A DNA stretch of 35,723 bases from a virus (IMGVR_UViG_3300047289_000009:1-35723); one strand, 5' to 3'. Numbered from the stretch's first letter, positions 1 through 9,799 are shown. Numbers and translations are program-made. The notes: generated by a model from the sequence alone, not told the origin.

Positions 1-1309
1 CGCACTGCACGGCATCTACGAAGAGCTGGGCGGCTTTGGCACTGCGGCATCCATCATCTTGCCCGACTACAAGAACATCATCCACCACTACCCAGTGACC
101 ACAGGTGAGTTCTGCGTGGCGCAAGACTATCAAGGCAAGATTTGCACAATCTATCGCGAGTTTGAAAAGACCGTGGGCGAGATGGTCAAAGAGTTTGGCT
201 ACAAGCAATGCTCAAAGACTGTGCAGAACCTGTATGACCGTGGCAGCTTAGATGCTTGGATTCCAATCATCCACGCCATCGAGCCACGCGCTGACCGTGA
301 CATTCGCAAGAAGGACGCGCTCAACATGCCTTGGGCCTCGTACTACTTTGAGATTGGTGGCGAGCGCAACAAGTACCTGCGCGAGTCTGGCTTCAAAGAG
401 TTCCCTGCTGTCGTGCCTCGTTGGGCAACCGCAGGTGGTGACATCTACGGCAACAGCCCTGCGATGGAAGCGCTCGGCGACATCAAGCAGTTGCAGCATG
501 AGCAGCTTCGCAAAGCTCAAGCGATTGACTACCAGACCATGCCACCGTTGCAGGTTCCAACCTCGATGAAGAACCGTGACGTTGAGCGCTTGCCCAACGG
601 CATCACCTTCGTTGACGCGAACAGCCCAAGCGGCGGCATCAAGTCCATGTTTGAGGTCAACTTGAACCTTGACCATTTGCTGATGGACATCCAAGACTGT
701 CGCGAGCGCGTGCGTGGCGCTTTCTATGCTGACTTGTTCTTGATGCTGGCCAACGCCACCGACACTCGCATGACCGCGACAGAGGTTGCAGAGCGCCACG
801 AAGAGAAGCTGCTGATGCTTGGCCCAGTGCTTGAGCGTTTGCACAACGAGCTGCTTGACCCGCTGATTGAAACCACTTTCACTCGCATGCTTGAAGCTGG
901 CGTGCTGCCTCCTCCACCTGAAGAGATGCAGGGCATGGAGCTGAATGTTGAGTTCGTGTCGATGCTTGCTCAAGCCCAGCGTGCCATTGGCACAAACGGC
1001 GTTGACCGCTTCGTTGGCAACCTCGGCATGGTCGCTCAGTACAAGCCAGACGTGCTTGACAAGTTCAATGCTGACGAGTGGGCTGATGCTTACTCTGACA
1101 TGCTTGGCGTTGACCCCAAGCTCATCGTGGCCAACGACCAAGTGGCCATCGTTCGCGATGCACGCAACAAGGCAGCGGCCGCGCAAGCGCAAACCGAAGC
1201 CATGCACACCCAGTCAGAAGTTGCTCGCAACCTCGCTGGCGCTCAAACCACTGAACCCAGTGCGTTGACCAACGTGATGGACATGTTCTCTGGCTACAAC
1301 TCACGATAG
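1..1309 (+). CDS. Portal / head-to-tail connector (T7 gp8 / BPP-1 Bbp21-like), 5'-truncated
   Basis: The frame is open from base 2 (ALHGIYEELGGFGTA...). Motifs RW...GDIYGNSPAMEALGDIKQLQ and RMTATEVAERHEEKLLMLGPVLERL are typical of podoviral portals. Confidence 0.93.
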   Translation, partial: ALHGIYEELGGFGTAASIILPDYKNIIHHYPVTTGEFCVAQDYQGKICTIYREFEKTVGEMVKEFGYKQCSKTVQNLYDRGSLDAWIPIIHAIEPRADRDIRKKDALNMPWASYYFEIGGERNKYLRESGFKEFPAVVPRWATAGGDIYGNSPAMEALGDIKQLQHEQLRKAQAIDYQTMPPLQVPTSMKNRDVERLPNGITFVDANSPSGGIKSMFEVNLNLDHLLMDIQDCRERVRGAFYADLFLMLANATDTRMTATEVAERHEEKLLMLGPVLERLHNELLDPLIETTFTRMLEAGVLPPPPEEMQGMELNVEFVSMLAQAQRAIGTNGVDRFVGNLGMVAQYKPDVLDKFNADEWADAYSDMLGVDPKLIVANDQVAIVRDARNKAAAAQAQTEAMHTQSEVARNLAGAQTTEPSALTNVMDMFSGYNSR

Positions 1310-1318
1310 GAAATCATC

Positions 1319-1729
1319 ATGGCAACCAAAGGCACACTGCTGTACGGCAGCGCAGAAAAATACGGCAACAGCGCAGATGCAACCGCATTCATCGAGAAGA
1401 TGCTTGTTGCCGTTGACACGCTGCACAAGGTTCACCTGATGACCACAGGCGCTGGCAGCTTTGCCGCGCATGAAGCATTGGGCGACACATACTCAGCTCT
1501 TGAAGATGGCCTCGATGGCTTGGCTGAAAGCTGGATGGGCTGCACTCAGCAAGCCGTTCAATTCAAGGGCGTTGATGTCAGCAGCTACTCTGCCGAAGCT
1601 CGCAAGATTTACGACTACATCGAAGCCAACCGCGCGTTGATGGGTGGTGAGTCACACATCCAGAACTTGATTGACGACATCCTCGACAAGCTCGCACGCA
1701 ACCTGTTCAAACTTGACCGCCTCGCATAA
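1319..1729 (+). CDS. Ferritin/Dps-like four-helix protein (DUF5856-like)
   Basis: HKVHLMT...SFAAHEALGDTYSALEDGLDGLAESWMG matches the Dps-like H/H/D/E ligand pattern. AGGA RBS upstream. Confidence 0.7.
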   Translation: MATKGTLLYGSAEKYGNSADATAFIEKMLVAVDTLHKVHLMTTGAGSFAAHEALGDTYSALEDGLDGLAESWMGCTQQAVQFKGVDVSSYSAEARKIYDYIEANRALMGGESHIQNLIDDILDKLARNLFKLDRLA

Positions 1730-1738
1730 GGAAAAATC

Positions 1739-2113
1739 ATGGCACTCGTAAACATGAAGATGTCGCAAGAAGAGCGTGGCGAATACACTGGCCAAGCAAT
1801 CGAAGTCAAAGAGCCAAGCTACCCCTATGGCTTGAGCATCGACCTCGATGACGGCTCAATGGAAAAGCTGGGCATCACTGCCTTGCCAAAGGTCGGCACT
1901 GAGATGATGATTACCGCCAAGGTGGTGGTCAAGTCTGTCAGCTCTAACCAGTACGAAGGCAGCGATGCTGAGTCTCGCATGTGCTTGCAAATCACCGACA
2001 TGGAAATTGGCGGCGAGAACAAGAAGCAAGACAAAGCTGAGTCGCTCTACGGTGACAGCTCAGAAGGCTCACGCATCAACAACATCTCCAACGCCTTGTA
2101 CGGCGCAAGCTGA
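1739..2113 (+). CDS. Capsid staple/decoration-like protein (epsilon15 gp10-like)
   Basis: YPYGLSIDLD...LGI..LPKVG...LQITDME pattern, and position in the head module. Confidence 0.55.
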   Translation: MALVNMKMSQEERGEYTGQAIEVKEPSYPYGLSIDLDDGSMEKLGITALPKVGTEMMITAKVVVKSVSSNQYEGSDAESRMCLQITDMEIGGENKKQDKAESLYGDSSEGSRINNISNALYGAS

Positions 2114-2853
2114 TGCAGTTGCCAGTCCACTACCCATCGATGACCGAGCATGGCAGGGTCGAAGCATGGGACTTGAATGTGGCCAGAGGCTTGGTGAAGA
2201 ACCACACCAGCCTCAACATCTCTGGCTACCAATCGTCTGTCGGCTCCACGTTCATCCCAATTTGGGAAAACAACACGGCATACGTCTATCCATCAAACGG
2301 CACAATGCTGCTGTGGAGTTCAAGCGCATCTGACACCAACGTGTTGATTCAAATCAACGGCCTTGATGCCAACTACAACATGCTGAGTGAAGAGCTGCTG
2401 TTGACGAATGGCACGACTGGCGTGGCCACGGCGAATGCGTACAAGCGCATCAACGGCATCACCGTCATCGATGGCGTGAACCCTGTTGGCGCAATCAGCC
2501 TTGGCAACAATGCGAAGACTGAAACCTACGCCAAGATTGCTGTTGGCGCTGGCACAAGTGCGATGAGCATTTACACCGTACCTGCTGGCTACACGTTTTA
2601 CTTGGCTAAGGTCAACGCTTACACAGACCAAGGCAACAACCAAATCACAAACTATCGGTCTTACACCATTAACGCATCTGGCATCATTCGCGCTGTGCTG
2701 CAAGTGCCATTCGCTGGCTCTTACATCTCAGACAAGACAGTGCCTCGCGGGTACGTAGAGAAAACCGACTGCCAATGGCAATGCAGTTCAAGCGCCACAT
2801 CGCAGGTCGGCATCCAGATTGAGGGCATCCTCATCAAGAACGACACGCCTTAA
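2113..2853 (+). CDS. Hypothetical beta-rich virion-module protein
   Basis: 246-aa ORF coupled to the upstream gene (TGATG), S/T/N/G-rich, genome-typical codons. Confidence 0.75.
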   Translation: MQLPVHYPSMTEHGRVEAWDLNVARGLVKNHTSLNISGYQSSVGSTFIPIWENNTAYVYPSNGTMLLWSSSASDTNVLIQINGLDANYNMLSEELLLTNGTTGVATANAYKRINGITVIDGVNPVGAISLGNNAKTETYAKIAVGAGTSAMSIYTVPAGYTFYLAKVNAYTDQGNNQITNYRSYTINASGIIRAVLQVPFAGSYISDKTVPRGYVEKTDCQWQCSSSATSQVGIQIEGILIKNDTP

Positions 2854-2854
2854 T

Positions 2855-2887
2855 GGTGACCGTAATACCAAGCACTGTGGATAGATT
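2855..2887 (+). promoter_or_regulatory. Putative late promoter 1: GGTGACCGTA-N17-TAGATT
   Basis: The same 10-mer, 17-nt spacer and TAnnnT occur at three intergenic sites (2855, 9059, 20628). Confidence 0.7.
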
Positions 2888-2893
2888 GACAAC

Positions 2894-3241
2894 ATGAGTA
2901 CCAGCTACGACCCAACTGACGTGCAGATGCAAGAGCGCAAAACTTCCGAGAGGGAGCTGCGCGAACGCAACGCCGCCAAGAACGAAGAAGCTGACCTCAA
3001 ATGGCTCATGGGTAGTCGGAGGGGTCGCCGCATTGTCGGCCGACTTCTGGAGCAATCAGGCGTGTACAGGCTGTCGTTCAACACCAACTCGATGCAAATG
3101 GCATTCGCAGAGGGCAACAGGAACTACGGCAACCGCATGCTGGCAATGCTTCACGCTCACTGCCCTGAGCTTTACATGCAACTAATCAAGGAGCAATCCA
3201 ATGGAATCGCTGATGACGGACACAGCCGCAACGACCACTGA
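2894..3241 (+). CDS. Bbp19-like protein
   Basis: DLKWLMGSRRGRRIV.RLLE..GV...SF......MAFAEG.RN.G signature, upstream of the scaffold gene. Confidence 0.8.
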   Translation: MSTSYDPTDVQMQERKTSERELRERNAAKNEEADLKWLMGSRRGRRIVGRLLEQSGVYRLSFNTNSMQMAFAEGNRNYGNRMLAMLHAHCPELYMQLIKEQSNGIADDGHSRNDH

Positions 3242-3875
3242 AGGTACGGCCTCATCGCAAGACGCAGCCAGCACAGCGCCGCAAGGCAATGAGCAGGTCG
3301 CGAACCAGCAGCAAGCCAATGCTGACCAGAACCAGACTAGCACTCAAGACGGTGTGAAGGATGGGGCTGCTGATGGCAACACGGAAGGCAAACCTCAAGG
3401 TGCGCCTGAAAGCTACGAGTTCAAAGCCCCCGAAGGCAAAGAGTTCGATTCCGAAACGCTGACCGCATTTTCGGAAGTTGCCAAAGAAGCCAATCTGTCG
3501 CAGGAAGCCGCGCAGAAACTGCTCGACAAGATGGGGCCAACATTGGCTCAACGTCAAATGGAGCAGTTTGAGAGTATCAAGAATGACTGGGCGCAATCAG
3601 CGCAAACAGACAAAGAGTTCGGAGGCGAAAAGCTGAACGAAAACTTGGCTGTTGCAAAGAAAGCTCTGGACTCTTTTGGCACTCCCGAACTACGCACGCT
3701 GCTTAATGAGTCTGGCTTGGGAAATAACCCCGAAGTAATTCGGTTTATGTACCGAGCTGGCAAGGCAATCAGTGAAGACAAGTTTGTTGGTTCAACGACT
3801 GGTGCAAATCCTCGGAGCGCACCTCAGTCGTTTAACGACCAAGCCTCGGCACTCTATTCAAATCAGCAATCTTAA
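3201..3875 (+). CDS. Capsid assembly scaffolding protein
   Basis: Disordered N-terminus, then GAPESYEF, DKEFGG, LNESGLGNNPEVIRF..GKAISED. Lies immediately before the major capsid gene. Confidence 0.8.
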   Translation: MESLMTDTAATTTEGTASSQDAASTAPQGNEQVANQQQANADQNQTSTQDGVKDGAADGNTEGKPQGAPESYEFKAPEGKEFDSETLTAFSEVAKEANLSQEAAQKLLDKMGPTLAQRQMEQFESIKNDWAQSAQTDKEFGGEKLNENLAVAKKALDSFGTPELRTLLNESGLGNNPEVIRFMYRAGKAISEDKFVGSTTGANPRSAPQSFNDQASALYSNQQS

Positions 3876-3887
3876 AAGGAAATCAAA

Positions 3888-4907
3888 ATGGCAACTCTTG
3901 CTAATACCTCCCTGACCTTGGCCGACTGGGCCAAACGTACCGACCCAGATGGTCGCATCCCAATCGTTGCTGAATTGCTCTCGCAATCCAACGAAGTGCT
4001 TGAAGACTGCGTGTTCAAAGAAGGCAACTTGCCTACTGGTGACCGTGTGGTGATTCGCACTGGCTTGCCCACCGTCTACTGGCGTGCATTGAACCAAGGT
4101 ATTCCAAACAGCAAATCGACCACTGCTCAAGTGGACGAGGCTTGCGGCATCTTGGAAGCTCGCTCTGAAGTCGACAAAGACTTGGCAATGTTGAACGGCA
4201 ACACCGCTCAATTCCGTTTGTCTGAAGACACAGCTTTCTTGGAAGCTATGAACCAGACTCAAGCCACGACTTTGTTCTACGGCAACCCATCGACAGACCC
4301 CAAGCAATTCTTGGGTTTGGCTGCTCGCTACTCAAGCCTGTCCGCCTCTAACGCTCAAAACATCTTGAGCGCTGGTGGTTCTGGCTCTGACAACACATCC
4401 ATCTTCTTGGTGGTGTGGGGTGACAACACTGTGTACTGCCCTTTCCCTAAAGGCTCTAAGGCTGGTTTGATTCACGAAGACCTCGGCGAACAAACCGTGT
4501 ACAACAGCGATGGCACTCGTTTGCAAGCCTACGCTACCCGCTACCAGTGGAAAAACGGCTTGGTCGTGAAAGATTGGCGCTATGTCGTTCGCATCGCAAA
4601 CATCGATGTGAGCGATTTGGTTGGCCAGACTGGCACTCAAGCCTCTACCGCTGCAACCGCTGTCATCAAATTGATGGCTCGCGCTTTGTATCGCATTCCA
4701 AACATGGCAATGGGTCGTGCTGCGTTCTACATGAACCGTACTGTTCACTCTGGTCTGAGCGTTGCCGCTTTGGACAAGAGCCAGTATGTGTTGAAAGTGA
4801 ACGAAGGCTTGTCTCAGTTCGGCACACCATATAGCTGGTTGTCGTTCTTGGGAGTTCCTTTGCGCCGTGTTGACGCAATCCTGAACACTGAAGCTGTTGT
4901 CAGCTAA
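3888..4907 (+). CDS. Major capsid protein (BPP-1 Bbp17-like)
   Basis: 339 aa. TLADWAKR, RTGLP...WRALNQG, GLVVKDWRYVVRIANID, FLGVPLRRVDAILNTEA. Strong RBS and highly biased codons. Confidence 0.93.
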   Translation: MATLANTSLTLADWAKRTDPDGRIPIVAELLSQSNEVLEDCVFKEGNLPTGDRVVIRTGLPTVYWRALNQGIPNSKSTTAQVDEACGILEARSEVDKDLAMLNGNTAQFRLSEDTAFLEAMNQTQATTLFYGNPSTDPKQFLGLAARYSSLSASNAQNILSAGGSGSDNTSIFLVVWGDNTVYCPFPKGSKAGLIHEDLGEQTVYNSDGTRLQAYATRYQWKNGLVVKDWRYVVRIANIDVSDLVGQTGTQASTAATAVIKLMARALYRIPNMAMGRAAFYMNRTVHSGLSVAALDKSQYVLKVNEGLSQFGTPYSWLSFLGVPLRRVDAILNTEAVVS

Positions 4908-4913
4908 TTAGCA

Positions 4914-4935
4914 GGAGGGGGCTAACGCCTCCTCC
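4914..4935 (+). other. GC-rich stem-loop after the capsid gene (no U-tract)
   Basis: GGAGGGGGC-TAAC-GCCTCCTCC, a 9-bp stem. Likely an mRNA-stabilising or pause hairpin. Confidence 0.55.
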
Positions 4936-4960
4936 GTCCAAACCTTGAAAGGAAATTCAA

Positions 4961-5392
4961 ATGATTACCGATAAATTGCTCCGTGTTTCAGAAGACCAAG
5001 CACTGACCACCACTGCCGTTTCCACAAACACCATTGACCTCTCTATCGCTCGCGATATGGGTGAAGGCCACAACCTGTTCATGAACTTTGCTGTGACTGC
5101 TGCCTTGACTGGTGGTACATCCGTGAAGTTTGAAGTTATCAGCTCGGCCTCTGCTGACTTGTCTAGCCCCACCGTCATCGGTAGCACAGACGCAATCGTG
5201 TCAGCTTCTTTGGTGACTGGTTACAACACTGCCGTGCGTATCAACCCTGCGATTGCATCTAAGGGCCAACGCTACCTCGGCGCACGCTACACTATCTCTG
5301 GCACATACAGCGCTGGTACAGTGACTGCTGACGTTGTTGAAACCATCCAAGACGGCAAGAAGTTCTACGCTTCTGGCTTCACTGTTGCTTAA
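4961..5392 (+). CDS. Capsid cement protein (Bbp16-like)
   Basis: MITDKLL..SEDQA.T.TA.STNTIDL...RDMGEG and RYLGARYT motifs. Follows the major capsid gene. Confidence 0.85.
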   Translation: MITDKLLRVSEDQALTTTAVSTNTIDLSIARDMGEGHNLFMNFAVTAALTGGTSVKFEVISSASADLSSPTVIGSTDAIVSASLVTGYNTAVRINPAIASKGQRYLGARYTISGTYSAGTVTADVVETIQDGKKFYASGFTVA

Positions 5393-5410
5393 ATTTAAGG
5401 AAATTACATC

Positions 5411-5605
5411 ATGGCTAAATGTCGCGTGCTTGTTAAGTCGTTCATCGGTAACGCCATCCGTGAGGAAGGTGACATTGTTGAATACGAAGGCAAACTAGGT
5501 GAGAACCTAGAGCTGGTCGAAGAGGAAGATGCCCAAGCCAAACCCACCAAGAAGTGGAAAAAAGGCGAAGCGGCTGAACCGACTGAAACTGCTGACGCAG
5601 AATAA
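5411..5605 (+). CDS. Small hypothetical head-module protein
   Basis: 64 aa, AAGGA RBS, SFIG..IREEGDIVEY then a charged tail. Confidence 0.75.
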   Translation: MAKCRVLVKSFIGNAIREEGDIVEYEGKLGENLELVEEEDAQAKPTKKWKKGEAAEPTETADAE

Positions 5606-5638
5606 GCTCGGTGTAGTTCTTCTTTTTTGAAGGCATCG

Positions 5639-5676
5639 GGGGTGGCTGTGGGAAACCGTAGTCACCCCTTTTTCTT
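5639..5676 (+). terminator. Rho-independent terminator after the head genes
   Basis: GGGGTGGCTGTGG-GAAA-CCGTAGTCACCCC followed by TTTTTCTT. Confidence 0.85.
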
Positions 5677-5687
5677 AGGAGCCTGAC

Positions 5688-6368
5688 ATGGCCAGCGAAA
5701 TTGACATCTGTAACTTAGCCCTTGGCCACCTTGGCGATACTGCCACAGTGTCAAGCATCAAGCCGCCTGAAGGCTCGGCTCAATCACAACACTGCGCTCG
5801 GTTCTACCCGATTGCGCGTGACACTCTTTTTGAGATGCACTCATGGGGCTTTGCCACCAAGCGTGCGTCACTTGCCCTTCTGACCAGCTCATGGCCAGAA
5901 TGGGACTATTGCTATGGCATGCCGCCTGACGTTGCAAACATCCTTGCCATCATTCCACCTGACGCGAATGACGACTACTCATCGCACTTTGTCCCAACGG
6001 ACACACCGTTCACATCGGCCAACTTTGCGCCTGTGGTTGCTGCTGGTCGATATGTGCCGCAAGACTTCTCTGCTGAAATTCTTGAAGATGGCACACAAGT
6101 CATCTATACCGACCAGTCAAACGCTGTGATGCGATACACGGCCACCATCTCTGACACCACAAAGTTCTCGCCGCTGTTCACCATGACGCTGTCGTGGCAC
6201 TTGGCATCGATGCTGGCTGGCCCAATCATCAAGGGTGATGCTGGCGCTGCTGAAGCCAAGCGCTGCACTGCCATGATGCAAGGCTACTTGGCTCGCGCAA
6301 CATCGTCTGATGCAAACCAACGAAAGGCCAACCCGCAACAAATCGTTGGCTGGATGGCTGGGAGATAA
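5688..6368 (+). CDS. Tail tubular protein A / head-tail adaptor
   Basis: MASEIDICNLALGHLG, CARFYPIARD, H.WGFATKR, FSPLF...LSW.LAS.LA motifs. Confidence 0.85.
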   Translation: MASEIDICNLALGHLGDTATVSSIKPPEGSAQSQHCARFYPIARDTLFEMHSWGFATKRASLALLTSSWPEWDYCYGMPPDVANILAIIPPDANDDYSSHFVPTDTPFTSANFAPVVAAGRYVPQDFSAEILEDGTQVIYTDQSNAVMRYTATISDTTKFSPLFTMTLSWHLASMLAGPIIKGDAGAAEAKRCTAMMQGYLARATSSDANQRKANPQQIVGWMAGR

Positions 6369-6370
6369 GC

Positions 6371-6730
6371 ATGGCCACACTACCCATCATTGATTTGGCT
6401 GCGGCTGCATTCACGCAAATCGTCCACAAGCCAAACACCAAAGAAGAGTTCGACCCAGAGGGTGAAGACTACGACTACGAGGCTGCAATGGCCGCTGGCA
6501 TGGGGCCAACAGGCACAGGTGAAAACCTTGGCCACTGGGGTTCTGTGCGTGAAGCCACTGACGCTGAGAAGCACAAGCACGGCTTGCCAGCAGAGAGCTA
6601 CCTCATGCTCAAGGGTAAGACTCATGAGTCATGGGACAAAGCCGTGGCTGGCGAAGAAGAGCGCGGCTTCACCGTCAAGAAGTTTGGTGACCGCTACTAC
6701 TCAATCCCGAATGAACAAGGAGCCGATTGA
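6371..6730 (+). CDS. Hypothetical protein between adaptor and nozzle genes
   Basis: 119-aa ORF tightly packed between its neighbours, with genome-typical codons. Contains FDPEG.DYDY, GHWGS, LKG.TH and RYYS motifs. Confidence 0.7.
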   Translation: MATLPIIDLAAAAFTQIVHKPNTKEEFDPEGEDYDYEAAMAAGMGPTGTGENLGHWGSVREATDAEKHKHGLPAESYLMLKGKTHESWDKAVAGEEERGFTVKKFGDRYYSIPNEQGAD

Positions 6731-9057
6731 TGGCTAACTTCCGCACGCTACAAAAGTCGTTTGCTGGTGGCGAGATGTCACCAGAGATGTTTGGCCGCAT
6801 CGATGACAACAAGTTCCAGTCGGGCGCTGCTCGCCTTCGCAACTTCATCAGCAAGCCGCAAGGCCCAGCCGAGAACCGTGCTGGCTTTGCTTATGTGCGT
6901 GAGGTCAAGGACTCCACCAAGAAGGTGCGCCTCATCCCATTCACGTTCAACACCACGCAGACGATGGTCATCGAGTTGAATGCTGGCTACATTCGCTTTC
7001 ACACAGAGGGTGCGACACTGCTGTCTGGCGGCTCACCTTACGAAATCACAAACCCATACGCCGAAGCCGACTTGTTCGACATCCACTATGTGCAGTCGGC
7101 TGACGTGCTGACACTGGTGCATCCCAACTACGCGCCGCGCGAGCTGAAGCGTTTGGGCGCAACCAACTGGACATTGACCACAATCAGCTTTGCTGCACCT
7201 CTGGCCGCTCCAACTGGCGTGACTGCGACAAAGTACGTCCCAGCTTCTGCATCCGTCAACACCGACACCTACCAAGACGTGAAGTACGTTGTGACCTCAC
7301 TGACTGACGACCTGTTTGGACAGTCTGTCGCATCGTCTGTGGCCACTGTGTCGACCAACATCTATGTGACTGGCGCGTACAACACCATCTCATGGACTGC
7401 TGCGTCAGGTGCTGCACGCTACTACGTCTACAAGTTGCAGGGTGGCATCTATGGCTACATCGGCAACACCACTGGCACGTCAATCGTGGACGACAACATC
7501 GCCCCAGACCTTGGCGTGACACCTCCGCTGTACAGCTCAGACCTGCAAAGCTCTGGCAACTACCCAAGCGCCGTGTCCTACTTTGAGCAGCGCCGCTGCT
7601 TTGCTGGCACTACAAACGACCCACAAACGATTTGGATGACCAAGTCAGGCACTGAGTCCAACTTCAGCTACGGCTTGCCTGTGCGCGATGATGACCGCAT
7701 CAAGTTCAAGGTGGCCGCGCGTGAGGCCAACACCATTCGCCACATCGTGCCTTTGACCCAGCTCTTGCTGCTCACTGGCTCTGCTGAATGGCGCGTGTCA
7801 TCTGTGAACTCAGATGCCATCACACCGTCATCCATCTCGGTGCGACCACAGTCCTACGTTGGCGCATCCAATGTGCAGCCTGTCATCATCAATAACTCGC
7901 TGGTGTACTGCGCCGCGCGTGGTGGCCACATCCGTGAGCTGGGCTACTCTTGGCAGTCGAGCGGCTTCGTGACTGGCGACCTGTCGCTTCGTGCGGCTCA
8001 CCTGTTTGACAACTACGACATCACCGACATGGCGTACTCAAAGGCTCCGCAGCCTCTGATTTGGTTCGTGTCATCGTCTGGCTACCTGATTGGCCTGACC
8101 TATGTGCCAGACCAGCAGATTGGCGCATGGCATTGGCACGACACCGATGGCGTTTTTGAGTCCTGTGCTGTTGTGGCCGAGGGCAAAGAAGACGTGCTGT
8201 ACGTTGTGGTCAAGCGAGTCATCAACGGCAGCACCAAGCGCTACGTTGAACGCATGAACACTCGCCAGTTCGCCAACCTTGAAGACGCATTCTTTGTTGA
8301 CTGTGGCGCAACATACGATGGCACAAACACCACGGCCGTCACCATGACCGTGAGCGGCGGCACAACTTGGGGGCCAGCAGACACATTGACCGTGACTGCA
8401 TCAAGCGCCAAGTTTGCTTACCCTGCCACAACCGATGTTGACGATGCGATTGTGTTGACCGACTCCGCTGGCGTGAAATACCGCCTGAGAATCATCAGCA
8501 CGTCCAGCACCACGGTTGCACAGGCAAGGGTAGACCGTACCCTTCCCGCCGAGCTTAGAAGCACTGCAACGGCCGTCTGGTCGTTTGCACGCAACTCAAT
8601 CAGCGGCCTGACTTGGCTCGAAGGCAAGACCGTCAGTATCTTGGCCGATGGCGCTGTGCATCCACAGCAGGTCGTGACCAGTGGCGTGGTCAACCTTGAG
8701 CGTGCCGCATCCAAGGTTCAAGTCGGTTTGCAGTACGACTCAGACCTGCAAACCCTGCCTGTGGCGCTTCAGGTTGATGCTGGCTTTGGCCAAGGCCGTT
8801 TCAAAAACGTCAACAAAGCATGGCTGCGCGTGTTCCAGTCGTCAGGCATTTTCATTGGCCCAGACGAAGCCAACTTGGTCGAGGCCAAGCAGCGCACGAC
8901 TGAGAACTACGGCACGCCACCTGCGCTCAAGACGCAAGAACTCATGGTCATGCTCACGCCGTCATGGGCTGACAGCGGCCAAGTCTATGTTCGCCAGCAA
9001 GACCCATTGCCTCTGACGGTGGTCGGCCTGACCATTGAAGTGGCTCTGGGCGCTTGA
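6730..9057 (+). CDS. Tail tubular protein B / nozzle (T7 gp12-like)
   Basis: SFAGGEMSP...GRID, YPSAVSYFEQRR.FAG, QQIGAWHWH and PLPLTV motifs. ATG at 6730 overlaps the upstream stop. Confidence 0.9.
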   Translation: MANFRTLQKSFAGGEMSPEMFGRIDDNKFQSGAARLRNFISKPQGPAENRAGFAYVREVKDSTKKVRLIPFTFNTTQTMVIELNAGYIRFHTEGATLLSGGSPYEITNPYAEADLFDIHYVQSADVLTLVHPNYAPRELKRLGATNWTLTTISFAAPLAAPTGVTATKYVPASASVNTDTYQDVKYVVTSLTDDLFGQSVASSVATVSTNIYVTGAYNTISWTAASGAARYYVYKLQGGIYGYIGNTTGTSIVDDNIAPDLGVTPPLYSSDLQSSGNYPSAVSYFEQRRCFAGTTNDPQTIWMTKSGTESNFSYGLPVRDDDRIKFKVAAREANTIRHIVPLTQLLLLTGSAEWRVSSVNSDAITPSSISVRPQSYVGASNVQPVIINNSLVYCAARGGHIRELGYSWQSSGFVTGDLSLRAAHLFDNYDITDMAYSKAPQPLIWFVSSSGYLIGLTYVPDQQIGAWHWHDTDGVFESCAVVAEGKEDVLYVVVKRVINGSTKRYVERMNTRQFANLEDAFFVDCGATYDGTNTTAVTMTVSGGTTWGPADTLTVTASSAKFAYPATTDVDDAIVLTDSAGVKYRLRIISTSSTTVAQARVDRTLPAELRSTATAVWSFARNSISGLTWLEGKTVSILADGAVHPQQVVTSGVVNLERAASKVQVGLQYDSDLQTLPVALQVDAGFGQGRFKNVNKAWLRVFQSSGIFIGPDEANLVEAKQRTTENYGTPPALKTQELMVMLTPSWADSGQVYVRQQDPLPLTVVGLTIEVALGA

Positions 9058-9058
9058 T

Positions 9059-9091
9059 GGTGACCGTATAAATCAACCCCAAAGATAACCT
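9059..9091 (+). promoter_or_regulatory. Putative late promoter 2: GGTGACCGTA-N17-TAACCT
   Basis: Second copy of the motif, upstream of the ejection-protein genes. Confidence 0.7.
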
Positions 9092-9111
9092 GAACGCATT
9101 GGAGAATAGGC

Positions 9112-9789
9112 ATGGCGGGAACCTCAACACCTTCGTGGGCGAACTGGACAGGCGGCTATGAAACGTCTGGCGCTTCAGCCGTGAAAGAAGCAAACACGGC
9201 CGACATGTTTAAGACTGTCGGGCCGATTTTGGCCATCGCTGGCATGGCCAGCAGCGCCATTGGCGCTTACTACTCAGCCAAGACTCAGCAGTACCAACTC
9301 AACTCTCAAGCACTCACGATGGACTTCCAAAAGTCCATGTCGGAGCTGAACGCCAAGAACGCTGAGTTCACCGCGCAGACCATCTTGGAGTCTGGCCAAC
9401 GTCAGATTGGCGCAGCCACAATGCGTGCTGGCAACATCAAAGGCTCGGCAAAAGCATCGATGGCAGCTCGCGGCATTCAGGCTGGTGTAGGTTCCGCTGC
9501 TGACGTTATCGCAACAACCGACCTCATCAAAGAGGTTGACGTGAACACCATCAATGCTCGCTCGGTTCAAGCGGCCGAAGCCCAGCGCATGCAGAAGGTC
9601 AACTTGGAAAACCAAGCCATGATGTCTGGCGTGTCTGCTGACAACGCTCGCATGGGCGCATCGACTATCAACCCATTCATGAGTACAACTGGCTCACTGC
9701 TCGGCAGCGCAAGCACCGTGGCCACAGCCTACTACTCAGACAAACGCATGGCCGCATACGAAAACTGGCTGGCCAAACAGTCGTCATAA
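9112..9789 (+). CDS. Internal virion / ejection protein (T7 gp14-like)
   Basis: Ala/Gly/Ser-rich with a hydrophobic N-terminal helix and ASMAARGIQAGVGSA. First of three genes of increasing size after the nozzle. Confidence 0.75.
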   Translation: MAGTSTPSWANWTGGYETSGASAVKEANTADMFKTVGPILAIAGMASSAIGAYYSAKTQQYQLNSQALTMDFQKSMSELNAKNAEFTAQTILESGQRQIGAATMRAGNIKGSAKASMAARGIQAGVGSAADVIATTDLIKEVDVNTINARSVQAAEAQRMQKVNLENQAMMSGVSADNARMGASTINPFMSTTGSLLGSASTVATAYYSDKRMAAYENWLAKQSS

Positions 9790-9799
9790 GGAAACAAAG

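Noticed and set aside
4038-6695. GGTGACCG matches at 4038 and 6686 as extra late promoters
   Set aside because: Both are inside coding sequence (Gly-Asp-Arg) and do not match the full 10-mer.
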